Positions 15,040 to 28,825 of a DNA stretch of 64,000 nucleotides are shown here, piece after piece. This stretch comes from Octopus sinensis. Lineage: Eukaryota. The stretch lies in contig NC_042997.1 in NCBI RefSeq assembly GCF_006345805.1, positions 157,046,001 through 157,110,000 on the forward strand, given 5' to 3'. The translations under genes and the position numbers were made by a program. Each line of letters starts with the position of its first letter. Position 1 is the stretch's first letter. The notes under the pieces were generated by a model. The model saw only the letters and a list, made by a program, of their open reading frames with translations. It was not told the DNA's origin and ran no database searches.

Positions 15040-15687
15040 GTGTGTATGTGTAGGTATGCATAGTAGTACTTATATATATATATGTATGTATATGTATGTG
15101 TGTGTATATGTGTGTGTATGTGTATATATGTGTATATAGGGACTAGTGTGCTGTGTGTGCATATGTGTGTGTGGATATGTGTGTGTATGCGTGTATGTGA
15201 GTATGTGTGTGTATGTGTATATATATTTTTCTGTGTGTTTATGTATGTGTGGTCGTGTGTGTATATATACATGTGTGTATACGTGTAGCATGTGAGTGTG
15301 TGTATGTATACATATATGTGTATGTGTAGATATGTATATGTATGTGTAAGTGTATATATATGTATATATGTGGTGGTGTACGTATGTGTGTATGTATATG
15401 TATATATGTTTGTATGTGTGTGTATATATGTATACATATGTGCATAGGTATAAGTGAGAATCTCCTTATTTACCTAAAACTCTATTCCCTTTTTTTATAT
15501 ATTTTTTTATATATTTTTTTATATATTTTTTTATTTTTTTATTATTCTTCTATCTAATTTAACACTGACTCCTTGACCACTCCCCCAAGTATGATATTTT
15601 GCGCTATGCCTACCCCCAAAAGTCCCCCACCAACACCCCTTTTAAACCTGCCTAAATGTATAAATGCCAATACAATTCTTGTTAACT

Positions 15688-15738
15688 AGCTTCCTGAAGA
15701 TTTCTCTTGAATGAAACAGTTCTAGTCCTGTAGAAGCT
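15688..15738 (+). ncRNA. Second identical hammerhead motif
   Basis: Same sequence 779 bp downstream of 14909. Confidence 0.7.
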
Positions 15739-15753
15739 CCTTCTATATAATAA

Positions 15754-15815
<62 letters not shown>

Positions 15816-15844
15816 GTGTATGTATGTATGTATGTGTGTGTATA

Positions 15845-16050
15845 TGTTTGTGTGTCTGTGTTTGTCCCCCCACCATCGCTTGACAACCGATGCTGGTGTG
15901 TTTATGTCCTCGTAACCTAGCCGTTCGGCAAAAAAGACCGATAGTATAAGTACTAGGCTTACAAAGAACAAGTCCTGGGGTCGATTTGCTCGACTAAAGG
16001 CGGTGCTCCAGCATGGTTGCAGTCAAATGACTGAAACAAGTAAAAGAGTA
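15845..16050 (+). mobile_element. SINE family B, right arm
   Basis: Matches 7100-7295. Confidence 0.85.
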
Positions 16051-16079
16051 AAACAGTATATTGCACCCATCTTTCCCCC

Positions 16080-16123
<44 letters not shown>

Positions 16124-16199
16124 AAAAAAGAAAGAAAAAGAAAGGATTAAAGGTCCTTCTCGAGCCATGGGCTCAAATGACCCGTTCCCTGGATTCTGC

Positions 16200-16635
16200 G
16201 ACATAAATGTTAATCCTTTGGATGGGACGCCTGTCTGTCGCAGGATTACTCATTTGTACCAGTCAAGTGGACTGGAGCAATGTGGAATGAACCATTGTGT
16301 AAAGTAGTAAAGTTAGGACGTTTGTTTAGCACTGTTTTCTCTATAGGACTTGACTGATATTTGTCAGTACTTTCATCAGTGGATAGTGAACATTTTATGA
16401 GAGGAATATTGAAAACTATTAGACCTAGGGAGAACTTGCACTGTGCACCTTTAAAGGAAATGGAGTTGATACTAATAACCAGCAGGAAGTTAATCAAGAA
16501 AACACTATTGATTGTAAATCTTGCAATGCTTGCCTATCCGCGGTACAAATAAACGCATTGCCTGGTCCAAGAATCGAAACCACAGTCTTACGATCATGAG
16601 TGCAACACCCTCACCACTAAGCCACACGCCTCCAC
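16200..16635 (-). mobile_element. SINE family D copy split by an inserted fragment
   Basis: 3' part at 16200-16291 and tRNA head at 16552-16635 match 26878-27113. Confidence 0.75.
16292..16551 (-). mobile_element. Penelope-like ORF N-terminal fragment
   Basis: IEKTVLNKRPNF motif; homologous to ~17320-17580. Confidence 0.5.
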
Positions 16636-17189
16636 TCTTCCATCCCTTGAAAGGAAGGAAATACTAGATAATATTATTCTTGGTACTATGTATTTGAAAA
16701 GATGATGGAATAGCCATGACTAGTCATGGGTTTCGTAGATCTGGGCTGACATTGGACTTTAAAAAATAATAGGGTTTTATCTATTATATAGTATCTAGTG
16801 ACATTCCATGCCAGTTACATCCCCTTATTTTAAACATGCATCGAGGAAGACTGTACCCATTACCTTCACATGCTCCTTGTAATTGGTGAAATCATATGGT
16901 TAATGTTTTTGAACAAGTGTAAGCAAATGCTGGTAAAATATGAGCAGAGAGGGAATTTCCAAAGGATTGACATTGACAGAACGTATCAGTTAATGTGAAG
17001 TATGTGAAAGTGCCCAATATGCATGGCAAGAGGAGGAAAATCGAGTGATCTTGAGTAGAGTTGGTTCGAGATCAGCCACCTCCGATGGGGAAAATGTTAC
17101 TAAAGAAGTGTTAGAAAGGTCAAGATGAAGTGCAAACGTATCTGTGAACCAAAGGTTTTGAATGTATTGGTGAAAGAATACATGTCAAT

Positions 17190-17580
17190 GATTATATTTG
17201 GTTTGGGCGGCTTGACTTTCTCCAGTACTTGTTTCACTTTCCGTCTCAACCCGGTAAGCCGATGTCATGTATTTCAAAGCTACCTCTTCAATTGGAGCTA
17301 TAATCTCCACTTATTAAGTCCGCTTGATTGTTGTTGTAAAGTTGGGACCTATGTTCAGTACTGTTTTCTTGAAGGACTTAACTGACGTTTGCCAGTACTT
17401 TCATGGGTGGATAGTGAACATTATATGAGAGAAGTACTTAAAAACTATTAGACCCAGGGAGAATTTGCACTGTGCTTCTCTACAGGAAATCGAGATGATG
17501 CTGATAACCAGTTAATCAAAGTTAATGAAGAAAATATTTTTAGCAAATCTTACAATGCTTGCCAATCCATGGTACAAATG
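17190..17580 (-). pseudogene. Penelope-like ORF N-terminal relic
   Basis: RQLSPS..KTVLNIGPNF..VEIIAPIEEVAL..LRRKVKQVLEKVKPPKPNI matches the pre-RT region of Penelope-clade ORFs. Confidence 0.65.
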
Positions 17581-18729
17581 AAATTTGTTCTTTTTTACAT
17601 ATTATAAAATATCTTACTCCTTTTAATCCTATAATGAATGAAAGTTAGAAGATCAAAAACAGTGGGTTCACTCCCTTGGAATTCCACACTCGATCTCACG
17701 GAAAATCCTCGAGTGCCCGGGTCCCTACATCAATGAAACGAAACGCTGCAAACTATACATAGCCGAACGCATGGAAATCCTGAAAAACTAGCACGTACCA
17801 GGGACCATACTAAACTCCAGAACGGATATTTTCGGGGTGTGCTTGCACTTTATAAGATTTATGCTGGTGTTTTGGGAATCGCATAATAGTGGTAATAGCG
17901 AAAATAACACTACAGTGGAAGTTGATTGCTGATGGGAGAGAGAGATAACCTTCTATTGTTTACCCTCATAATTGAAAGATGACAACACGGCCGGAAGCCG
18001 ATAGTCGGCAGCAAAGGGAGATAATCACCTTGTTTACATCCCGTATCGTTCCCCTCCCATATTTTAAAGAGGTCATAGGCCAACAGGTTTTAGGGTCTGA
18101 AGATACGCCATAAAGGTATCCTTTATGGCGAGAAACCCAGGGTAACCCTATAAACCGGTCTTCGTACCATGCTCTCCGTTTTGTTGTCTTTGTTACTGTA
18201 CACATTCGCTAGCTTTCTTACAAAAAATCTAACAGTCTTAGCTTAGACTTTGGGTGGGAGGGTGGGGGGGCAACCAGATCGAACTGTCTCAAGTGTAACT
18301 GCCTGAAACAGTAAGGACTTTTGATAAATTGACTGAGGAATGAAGACCACGAGTAACCCGTCCTTTTTCCCCTGTCATAATTGTTGTCTCTCCCTGTCCG
18401 CCTTTGTATCGTCTATCTGTCCAAATGTTTTATTGTCTTCTATTGCGTTTTTGTTCCATTATATATATATATATATATATGATGCTTAAAGCGGTGAGCT
18501 GGCAGAATCGTTAACATCGTTAACACGCCGGGTGAAATGCTTAGCGGCATTTCATCTGTCTTTATGTTTTGAGTTCAAATTCCTCCGGGTTTGACTTTGC
18601 CTATCATGCTTTCAGAGTCGACAAAATAAGTATTAGTTGAACACTGGGCCCGATGTAATCAACTTAGTTCTTCCCCCAAACCTGCTGGCCTTGTACCAAA
18701 ATATGAAACCGATGTATATATGATGCGTT

Positions 18730-19640
18730 GGTGAGACAAAGCTAAAAGGCTCATCTGGAAATACTTCTCAAATGGAAGCTGAGGCTGTTGATGATATCAT
18801 TTGTAATTTCAGGTTTGTGATATCCCTTTATTACATGGTGCATTACCCTCTTCAAAGTCAATCCATTATAAAATAATGAAGGAGTTACACGTCAATTACA
18901 AGTGTTTAGGAATTACTTTGTAGAATGCAGATGTGATGGGGTTTTTTCAATGAATTTAAACACATGTTACCGAGGTTGTAAACGAAATAGAGATATTAAA
19001 TTTTGAGACAGAAGTTAAAAACGAAAGAAAGAAATGGCAATGTGAGTACAAGGCCCCGAAAGAAGCACCACAAGGTCTAAATAGGAAATTCAAAGCTTCT
19101 ACTTTGCTGTTTTGGATTTGACTAAGTAATTTGTTGAGAGAGTGCAACAGCTGCAGCCATATAAGTCTGTATTTGGTTTCTTATTTCATATAATCAGTTT
19201 AAAGAAAAAAATCTACTGAGGATGTGTTTGAAGCTTTCAAGAATTTGGAAAAATTTTTGATACATAAGTGATGGTAAAGATCCGTATTATAATGTTATAG
19301 CTATATCTCGAAGACTTCCGAAGTCTATGTAATTACAGGAAATACGTATTACAGTAAAAATATTTCTGGATTACGTATCTAATGTTTCCATTACTCTAAG
19401 GATCATTTTTGCACTACCGATATCAGTAACAATAGTGGATATTGTCTTTCGAAGTTCAAGTGTAATAAAACATAAATTCTCGGAAATGTTACTAACAAAA
19501 CAACCGCAAAAAAAAAACTTGGCTTGATGGCACTTGTCTAAGAGTTAGCACGTGATCTCATTGAACTGGTGACAAAAATATGCTAAGGAGAGTGAATGCA
19601 AATTATGATTTTGATGTGCCTAAAATTGTATCTTTTTTAG
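18730..19640 (+). pseudogene. hAT transposase relic
   Basis: 19378-19500 reads SNVSITLRIIFALPISVTIVDIVFRSSSVIK, like the hAT dimerisation domain; possible BED-like IWKYF near 18750; 5' limit uncertain. Confidence 0.55.
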
Positions 19641-19894
19641 GACTTAAATTTTGGCAACATAATTCACAATAACGTTAAATTTTAAATCCTGTTTGTTTAA
19701 AATCCTGTTTGTTTTAAATCCGCCAATGACGTTAGATTTTAAATCATGCTTGTTATTCTTTTTTTTTTGTGTGTTCCTTTTATTTTGTGGGTAAATATGA
19801 CAAGAATATGACAACTTGGTTTTACAAAGCAAACCTGATCGGTACAGATAGACATAAAGGTGTTTGAAGTAAAATATGTTAATGTTGCGTTGTT

Positions 19895-20180
19895 TGTTCC
19901 TTCTCGAGCCATGCCTTGCTCATAAGGGCCAGTTTCCTTGGCATATAGATTCCCCACCTGGACTGGACGCCGGTCCGTCGCAGGTGAGCTGCAAGATGCA
20001 AGAGGAAAGAGTGAGAGAAAGTTGTGGCGAAAGAGTTAGCAGAAGTTCGCCATTACCTTCTGCCGGAGCCGCGTGGAGCTTAGGTGTTTCGCTCATAAAC
20101 ACACACATTGCCCGGTCTGAGATTCGAACCCACGATCCCTCGACCGTGAGTCCGCTGCTCTGACCACTAGGCCATGTGCT
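19895..20180 (-). mobile_element. SINE family E, near full length
   Basis: Head ggcctagtggtcagagcagcggactc..gggttcgaatctc on the minus strand. Confidence 0.9.
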
Positions 20181-21083
20181 TCTACTTAATGGTTGCGTTG
20201 CCCTTTGTAGAAGTATACATTCTACCATGTACCCTTTTGTTCGAAATGATTTGTGTCAAATTATTTTCTGTTGTTGTAAAAAGGTGGGCTGGCAAAATCG
20301 TTATGGCGCCGGACAAAATGCTTTGCAGCGTTTCTTTGGGTCCTTTACGTTCTGATTTCAAATTCTGCCGAGGCCCACTTTGCCTTTGGTCACTCTACGG
20401 TCGATAAAATAAAGTACTAGTCAAGTGCTGGGGTTAATCGTTTTGATTAACATTTCCCCGCCCAAATTTTAGACTGTGTTTATGCTAGAAAGAAGCATTA
20501 CGATTATTTTTGAATCGTAGTTTCCTTGTGTTTGAAGGGCAGTTGGTAAAATCCCTAAGAGAGTACTAGGGACGTTATAATCGACTTGCCCCTTCCCCTA
20601 AAATTACTGACATTATGTCAGAATTTGAAGTCATTGTTGTAAGCAGTTTCAGGTTTTGTTGCTTTTATACTTTTTACTACAAAACATCTGTTTTTGAAAA
20701 TCAAATTTGGCATTTGGGTAGGGGTGGAAGTGCCAGTAATTGGCCTTGCCAAGGGCACAAACTAGTCTGGCACCAGACCTATCTAGAAATAAACAAGAAC
20801 AGCATCAACATTAGCAGTGTCAAATGTGACTGAATTTGGAGAGGGTAGAAGGAGAGCGGGAGACATGTGTATCGTAGGAGTAAAAAGAAAGCTTGTCTTA
20901 TTAGCCACAGAGAGTGGGGGACAGAGAGAAGGAGAGAGAGAGAGAGAGAGGAAGAAAGAGAGTGAGAGTGAGAGAGAGAGAAAGGGGGCTGCATGTCCCT
21001 AACACATTGTCCCACTATTAGTATTTTTTCTTGTTAAAGGCAACAAAGACTTCGCGCTTTACTAATTGGGATATCGTTTAAGT

Positions 21084-21645
21084 CACAGGTTCTCAACAGG
21101 AGACCATACGATCCCTGGGGGTCCATATAAATTTGGGTGGGTGGGGGATTCACGCAAGCAAAATAGTAAATTGGAGACCCACAGTAGTATTTTAAGGGGT
21201 CAATGGAAAAATAATGCTTTAGATGTACTTATTGCAAGAAACAGCTCAGAAACGTTATACATAGTTCAACCTACACATGGGCGAAAGACAAAATAGGGCG
21301 GCGAGCTGGCAGAATCGTTAGCACGCCGCGCGAAATGCGTAGCCGTATTTCGTCTGCCGTTACATTCTGAGTTCAAATTCCGCCGAGGTTGACTTTGCCT
21401 TTCATCCTTTCGGGGTCGATAAATTAAGTACCAGTTACGCACTGGGGGTCGATGTAATCGACTTAATCCGTTTGTCTGTCCTTGTTTGTCCCCTCTATGT
21501 TTAGCCCCTTGTGGGTAGTAAAGAAATAAGGAATGTTTTAAAAAATGTTAAAAACTATTATCTTAACATCGTATAAATATGGGGTTTCACGAGAATAAAA
21601 TAATTGTCAAGGGGGTCCATAGATGAAAATGGTTGAGAACCACTG
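21084..21645. mobile_element. hAT (Charlie-like) MITE carrying a nested SINE
   Basis: TIRs cacaggttctcaaca / ggttgagaaccactg; flanks gtttaagt / gtttaaac (6/8 TSD). Confidence 0.75.
21297..21530 (+). mobile_element. SINE family A, full monomer
   Basis: ggcggcgagctggcagaatcgttagc head, gagttcaaattcc B-box, cctttcatcctttcggggtcgataaattaagtacc core; about 20 copies in the window. Confidence 0.9.
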
Positions 21646-21929
21646 GTTTAAACAATTTAAGAAATTCCATTGTCACTTTTAAACTCTTAGATTTTATCCT
21701 ATTGAAAAAGATTTAGTTGATTATGTCGATCTTAGTATTGTATCTAGAACTTATTTTATCGATTTCGTAAAGGAAGAAAGGCAAAGTCAGTTTGGAAATA
21801 AAGAGACAAATCTCATAAATTTACACATACACATACACACACGCACACATACACACATACACCCCACACACGCATACACACATGATGACCGTCCACTCGT
21901 AATCGAGGAAGACCATTGCTGACCTTCAG

Positions 21930-22450
21930 GATCATTGTGCGCTCTAGGACTAACTTATATTTTGCATTTGCGGCTCCGTTGGTGGCTAATGAGCTCTGCT
22001 CTTGACAAGCATACACGACTGCAAACATTGCAGACCAAGCTTTCCCCATTCACTACACCAGCAGTGCGGTTTCGAGCAGCATGCTTAAGTTCTTGATGCA
22101 GAATACGTGCTCTCTCAAAAGTGTCGACCCCCTCCTTAACCTGCTTCTTCCATCTGTGGCGATGACAGGCATTGCTCTCCTAGTCAGTCTTCTGCATACC
22201 ACAGGCTTTTAATGAAGTCTTGTCACTGTCCTTAAATCGCAGCCTTGGTTTCTGCCGGGGTCTCTTTCTATTAACAAGTTACCCACATATCATTTGCTTA
22301 GGGATCCTGCTATCCTTCATTCTAATAAGGTGACCGGTGCACTATCGCCTCAATACTCAAGATATCAGCTGTCCTCAGGATCTGTGTGTCTGGAGTTTTT
22401 AAGGCCCAGTCAACATTCAGGATGTTTCTGAGACATCTCTAATGAAAGCG
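21930..22450 (-). pseudogene. RTE (BovB-like) LINE ORF C-terminus
   Basis: RCLRNIL..ILRTADILSIEAIV..ERARILHQELKHAARNR..VCNVCSRVCLSRAELISHQR terminal zinc knuckle. Confidence 0.8.
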
Positions 22451-23729
22451 TTCAAAGATCCTTACATGACGTTTGTAAAGGGTTCATGTCTCACATGAGT
22501 AAAGGAGCGATGTCAGTACACATGCACGTTACACTGCACTTTTTGTTTGCTTTGTGATGCCATGCTAGGACCAGACACGATACTGAAGAGACCGGAAGGA
22601 ATCAGTTGCATACACAAACACACATACACATACACACACACATACGCACAGGCACAAATAAACAAAAACAATTACGTTTGGTCCTAATTATTAAATATGG
22701 CAAAGTTTTAAGAGATGTAATATGTGCTGAGAATGTTCGATTATCTGAGATTATCAAATCTTATCAATCGATAAAAATCCCTCAAGCGTTGTTTAGTTAG
22801 AACTGCGTACCTTTACCTTTGCGAATTTTTGTCACGAATTGATTCAGATCAAGTGTTGACGCCTGGACTCTTTCAGCTGATGTTGTTACAAAGCCAACAT
22901 TCGTTTTTTCGCAACATTGCTGAGCTGCGGTACATCTTGAGTAGTTATCTTCTACTATAACCTCGAACCGACCAATGCCTTATGAGTGAACTTGGTAGAC
23001 GGAAACTGTGTGGAAGCCCGTCGAGTATGTGTGTGTGTTTGTATGGTGTGTGTGTACCTTTGTATGTGTGTTTGTCATCCCTCTGCGCTTGACTATCAGG
23101 GTTGGTTTGCTTACGCCCCCGTAACATAGAATAAGTGACAAACTTGAAAATAAGTAATGGGGTCGATATGTTCGATTAAATGCTTCAAGGTGTCGCCTCA
23201 GCAAGATGGTGCCTTCAGTCCAGTGAGTGAAACAAGTAAAAGATATAGAAGATACTTATGGTGGAAGTCAACTCCTGACCAATTAAGACCACTTCCAGTT
23301 AGTCCGTACATATGTTTCGAAAGTCTAAGAGGTTCCTGTACGCGAATTTGTTTTGAGTGGATAAAGTGTTGCACAGCACTGAACCCACTTTACAGCGCAA
23401 TCAGTTAAACACCAGTGGCACAACAGCGGTTGAGATGACCAGAAACCAACTGAACATCAAGTTTTTTTCCTTTTTTTTATACGAGTTTATCTTCTCTTTG
23501 AAGGAAATTTTAACGAGAACTAGGGATCCCTCATTTCTAGTGGTTCACATGCTAGATGACCCATAGCTGGGACCCTAACAGGCGTTACTACCACGCTACC
23601 ACGAGTTAGAGTAGACCTGAAAACAACAGTGGCCAAGAGGTGGTCGCACACTCCTCGGAAATAGCGGAACTCCCGTACAAGGGCCCCGCTGACAGATGCA
23701 GTTTAAAGCCATACCTAGGAAGATGCATA

Positions 23730-23940
23730 CGGGGTGTATGGGTGCTGAAAAGTTCCTAGCTTTGGGTTAAAGGAGATACAGGAGAATAGGCTAATTTTGA
23801 TTTTATCCCAAATATTTCCCTCTCAGATTCACTCACTTATTGCAGTGATCCTTCAGTTTTTCTAAGCCCTGTAGAAGAACTTAGAAGGTTGAGCCTCTAG
23901 TCAGGCCTTTCGCGATACCTTTAAAGCCAGGACATACATA
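23730..23940 (+). mobile_element. Mariner-type non-autonomous fragment
   Basis: ggtgctgaaaagttcctagctt start resembles mariner TIRs. Confidence 0.5.
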
Positions 23941-24310
23941 CATACATACATACATACATACATGCATACATACATACATACATGCATACATACATACATG
24001 CATACATACATACATGCATACATACATACATGCATACATACATACATACAAACATACATACCTATCTACCTTCCTACCTACCTACCTACCTACCTACCTA
24101 CCTACCTACCTACCTTCCTATCAACCTACCTACCTACCTATCTATCTACCTACCTACCTACCTACCTACCTACCTACCTTCCTATCAACCTACCTACCTA
24201 TCAACCTACCTACCTACCTACCTATCAACCTACCTACCTACCTACCTACCTACCTACCTACCTACCTACCTACCTACCTACCTACCTACATACATACATA
24301 CATACATGCA
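23935..24310. repeat. (TACA)n-(TACC)n-(TACA)n compound tetranucleotide array
   Basis: Directly visible. Confidence 0.95.
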
Positions 24311-24724
24311 AAAATCTTCAAAGACCATCATAGGTGCTCCCGAGCCACCAGCACCTTTAAAAGAGAAAGAAAACTCTTGCTATCAAAATCCACTTCTGTG
24401 CCTTGTATGGTCCAGTGAAAGCAATACCATACTATTCTGGGTATACACCAGTAGGGTAAGCCAAATCTAATATTTCTTAATTTGGTCTGCCATCACTTTG
24501 GCATCTGATGGGTGGCACGCTGTGCACACGTACGGGTAATGTTAATTTGATGGAAGGAGCAAGCTAGCGTACAGTACAAGCTATATACTAATCACTGTAA
24601 ACAAATTATCTGCCCAGATGTTCAGTAAACTGGTGGCTCAATGTGATCTTGAGTTACCAGGTTGCGGAACTGTCACCTGTCGTTTACAACAGGGGAATCC
24701 ATCATACACTTACATAAAAATACA

Positions 24725-24736
24725 TACGCACGCGCG

Positions 24737-24770
<34 letters not shown>

Positions 24771-26103
24771 TGCGTGCGTGCGTGCATGCATATATATACA
24801 TTCATACAAACATACATGCATGCATACAAACATACATACATACACATACATACACATACATACACATACATACATACATACATACATACATACATACATA
24901 CTCGCTTATCCGGATGCACTGTCTAGTTCACTTAGAAGTGTATATATAATTAGTGATAGTTTTTGCCACTAAATATCGGTTTATTTTGACAAGGCACAAA
25001 ACACACACACACATGCGTGCATGCATATATACATTCATACAAACATACATACATACATGCATGCATGCATACATACATACATACACATACATACATACAC
25101 ATACATACATACATTCATACATGCATACATACATACATGCATGCATACATACATGCATGCATGCATACATACATACATACATACATACATACATAATACA
25201 TACATACATACATTCATACATACATGCATACATACATACGTACATACGTATGTGTGTGTGTGGTGTGTGTGTGTGTGTGTGTGCATGTGTGTGTGTGTTT
25301 GTGTGTGTGTGTGTTGTAGCTACTGTTGTAGTGTTACAACTATTACAGGAAAATAAACCGAACATTAATTTTTGGTACATCGATTATTTTCTCTTAAATT
25401 CTGAATTTCGATAATCCGAGGCTTAGTGATAAGTTTCTTTTTTTTTTTCCTTTTTCTTTTCCAGGAAACAAAAACTCATATTTAAGGCAAAATACGAAAA
25501 AGAATTTTTATTATTGAAATGTAAGTGGTTTTTCGCAATTATTTACGTTCCGTCAGCATGCTTCGATAGTTTTTTACTCATATGTTTTACAATTTCATGC
25601 TAGCTTATCCCGGATGCACTGTCTAGTTCACCTAGAAGTGTATAATTAGTGATAGGTTTTGCCACTAAATATCGGTTTATTTTGATAAAGCACAAAACAC
25701 ACACACACACCACACACACACACACACACACACCACACACACATACATGCGTGCGTGCGTGCATGCATATATATACATTCATACAAACATACATGCATGC
25801 ATACAAACATACATACATACACATACATACACATACATACACATACATACATACATACATACATACATACATACATACTCGCTTATCCCGGATGCACTGT
25901 CTAGTTCACTTAGAAGTGTATATATAATTAGTGATAGTTTTTGCCACTAAATATCGGTTTATTTTGACAAGGCACAAAACACACACACACATGCGTGCAT
26001 GCATATATACATTCATACACATATACATGCATACATACATACATACATTCATACATGCATACATACATACATGCATGCATACATACATGCATGCATGCAT
26101 ACA

Positions 26104-26137
<34 letters not shown>

Positions 26138-26261
26138 CATACATACATTCATACATACATGCATACATACATACGTACATACGTATGTGTGTGTGTGTGT
26201 GGTGTGTGTGTGTGTGCATGTGTGTGTGTGTTTGTGTGTGTGGTGTGTGTGTGTGTGTGCA

Positions 26262-26292
<31 letters not shown>

Positions 26293-26669
26293 TGTAGCTA
26301 CTGTTGTAGTGTTACAACTATTACAGGAAAATAAACCGAACATTAATTTTTGGTACATCGATTATTTTCTCTTAAATTCTGAATTTCGATAATCCGAGGC
26401 TTAGTGATAAGTTTCTTTTTTTTTTCCTTTTTCTTTTCCAGGAAACAAAAACTCATATTTAAGGCAAAATACGAAAAAGAATTTTTATTATTGAAATGTA
26501 AGTGGTTTTTCGCAATTATTACGTTCCGTCAGCATGCTTCGATAGTTTTTTACTCATATGTTTTACAATTTCATGCTAGCTTATCCCGGATGCACTGTCT
26601 AGTTCACCTAGAAGTGTATAATTAGTGATAGGTTTTGCCACTAAATATCGGTTTATTTTGATAAAGCAC

Positions 26670-26690
<21 letters not shown>
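24725..26690. repeat. Tandem duplication, ~978-bp period
   Basis: ctcgcttatc(c)cggatgcactgtctag at ~24901 and ~25878; gttgtagctactgttg block at ~25313 and ~26291. Confidence 0.9.
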
Positions 26691-26704
<14 letters not shown>

Positions 26705-26877
26705 TTGTTTTCTTTTAAAAATTATTTAAAGTCTTCCTGTAAGGGAGGAGCTGGTTTCTAACAAAGATACAAAGCTCAATTTATTAAAATGTAATTAAAA
26801 ACTAAGTAACATTTTGAATTTGAAAAAATTCTTGCATATTTCTACTGTTCCACATAAAATAAAAATGCGCCCTCTTA

Positions 26878-27113
26878 AAGCCTAACCAAGCTCATGGGCC
26901 CAGTTTCCCGGTTCCTATGGCGTATGTGTTCCCCAGCTGGACGGGACACCAGTCCATCGCAGCGTTACTCATTTTTGCCGGCTGAGTGGACTGGAGCAAC
27001 GTGAAATGAAGTGTTTTGCTCAAGAACACAACGCGTCGCCCGCTCCAGGAATCGAAACCACAACCTTACGATCATGATGTTGACACCCTAACCACTAAGC
27101 CACGTGCCTCCAC
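26878..27113 (-). mobile_element. SINE family D
   Basis: tRNA head plus ttcttgagcaaaacact plus gcgatggactggtgtcccgtccag; plus-strand copy at 48249-48490. Confidence 0.9.
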
Positions 27114-28168
27114 CTACTGTTCCACATACAGATTGTGTTTGTAATGAGCTCTGTTAGCCGGTTGATTTCTTGTCCTGAAAACCCTCTTCTTTTCCAGATT
27201 TTCACTTATGCATTTACATACAAAACCAAGCGCACCAATTGGTACAAATGTAAATTAATAATCTAGGTAAAAAAGTTCAGGGTTTCGAAGCAAATATCTA
27301 ATTTTTCCTCTTATTCATTGATTTCTGGAGTGATATTCACATCAGCAGGACAACTGAAATTCTTGTCAACCCCTAACAATGATATTTAGCTTGTTCGTCT
27401 ATCTTTATGTTCTGATTTCAAAATCCGCTGAGGCTGACTTTGCCTTTTATTCTTTCAGGGTCAATAAAGTAAGTATCAGTTGAGCATTGGTGTTGATGTA
27501 ATTCACTTGCCCCACCCGGTCAAAATTTCAGGTCTTGTGCTTATAGTAGAAAGAATGAATTCTTACACTTACTATATATATACTGTTGTATAGGCATTAT
27601 ATATAATATACATCAAGCATAAAACACGCTGAATGGACTATTTGGGGTCACATGAATATATGACGAAAGATTTTAATGTTATATACTACGAATATAACAG
27701 CAAGCGAATATCAGAAAAACACTCAGATACGTCATCCGCACGTAAAGCAATAGTTAAGTTTGTATTAACATCGTTAATACGCTGGGTATTGAAAATCTGA
27801 TGAAAAATAATCATGGGGAAGTGGAAGAGATATTCATTGATTAATATTGACGAAGTTAATTAAAATAATATTAGTCATTGACTGATATTATTTTCAAATT
27901 TGTGCAAAAGACCAGCAATTTTTGGTGGTGGGGGAGAGGGTTAAGTCGATTATATCGACCCCAGTGTTCAACTGGTATTTATTTTATCGACCCTGGATGG
28001 ATACAGAGCGATTCGATTTCGGCGAATTTTGAAATCAGAATGTAAAGCCGTACGAAATGCTGTGCGAAGCATTTTGCTCGGCGTGTTAACGAATCTGCCG
28101 GCTCGCTGCCTTAGTTTGTGACTAATATTGATAATAAACACTTCTAATTAGCTTCTCAATGTATAGTG

Positions 28169-28345
28169 CAGTGGTTTTCAACCAGGGTTCCGCCAAGTTA
28201 CAAAACTGCTAAAATCGGCAGTAATTTTTAATTCTCCTGTGCAGATATGTGTGCATAAGACTATTAAATTATTGCACACGGGTTCCTCGAGACAGTGAAA
28301 TGTTTCTTTGGGGTTCCGCTCCAGCAAAAAGGTTGAAAAGCACTG
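28169..28345. mobile_element. 177-bp hAT MITE
   Basis: TIRs cagtggttttcaacc / ggttgaaaagcactg with a perfect 8-bp TSD gtatagtg (28161-28168, 28346-28353). Confidence 0.92.
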
Positions 28346-28424
28346 GTATAGTGTATAAAATATACCTGCATTAAATTTTCTATTAAATACCAATAACTTG
28401 AGTAACTAAAGAAAAACCACATAC

Positions 28425-28825
28425 GCAGGAGTGGCTGTGTGGTAAATAGCTTGCTTACCAACCACATGGTTCCGGGTTCAATCCCATTGCGTGGCACCTT
28501 GGGCAAGTGTCTTCTACTATAGCCTCAGTTCGACCAAAGCGTTGTAAGTGGATTTGGTAGACGGAAACTGAAAGAAGCCCGTCGTATATATGTATTTGTA
28601 TATATGTGTGTGTGTTTGTGCGTCTGTATTTGTCCCCCCACCATCGCCTGACAACCAATGCTGGTGTGTTTAGGTCCCCGTAACTTAGCGGTTCGGCAAA
28701 AGAGACCGATAGAATAAGTACTGGGCTTACAAAGAATAAGTCCTGGGGTCGATTTGCTCAACTGCAGGCGGTGTTCCAGCATGGCTGCAGTTTAATGACT
28801 GAAACAAGTAAAAGAATAAAAGAGA
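28425..28825 (+). mobile_element. SINE family B, full copy
   Basis: Same two-arm structure as 6866-7295. Confidence 0.9.
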
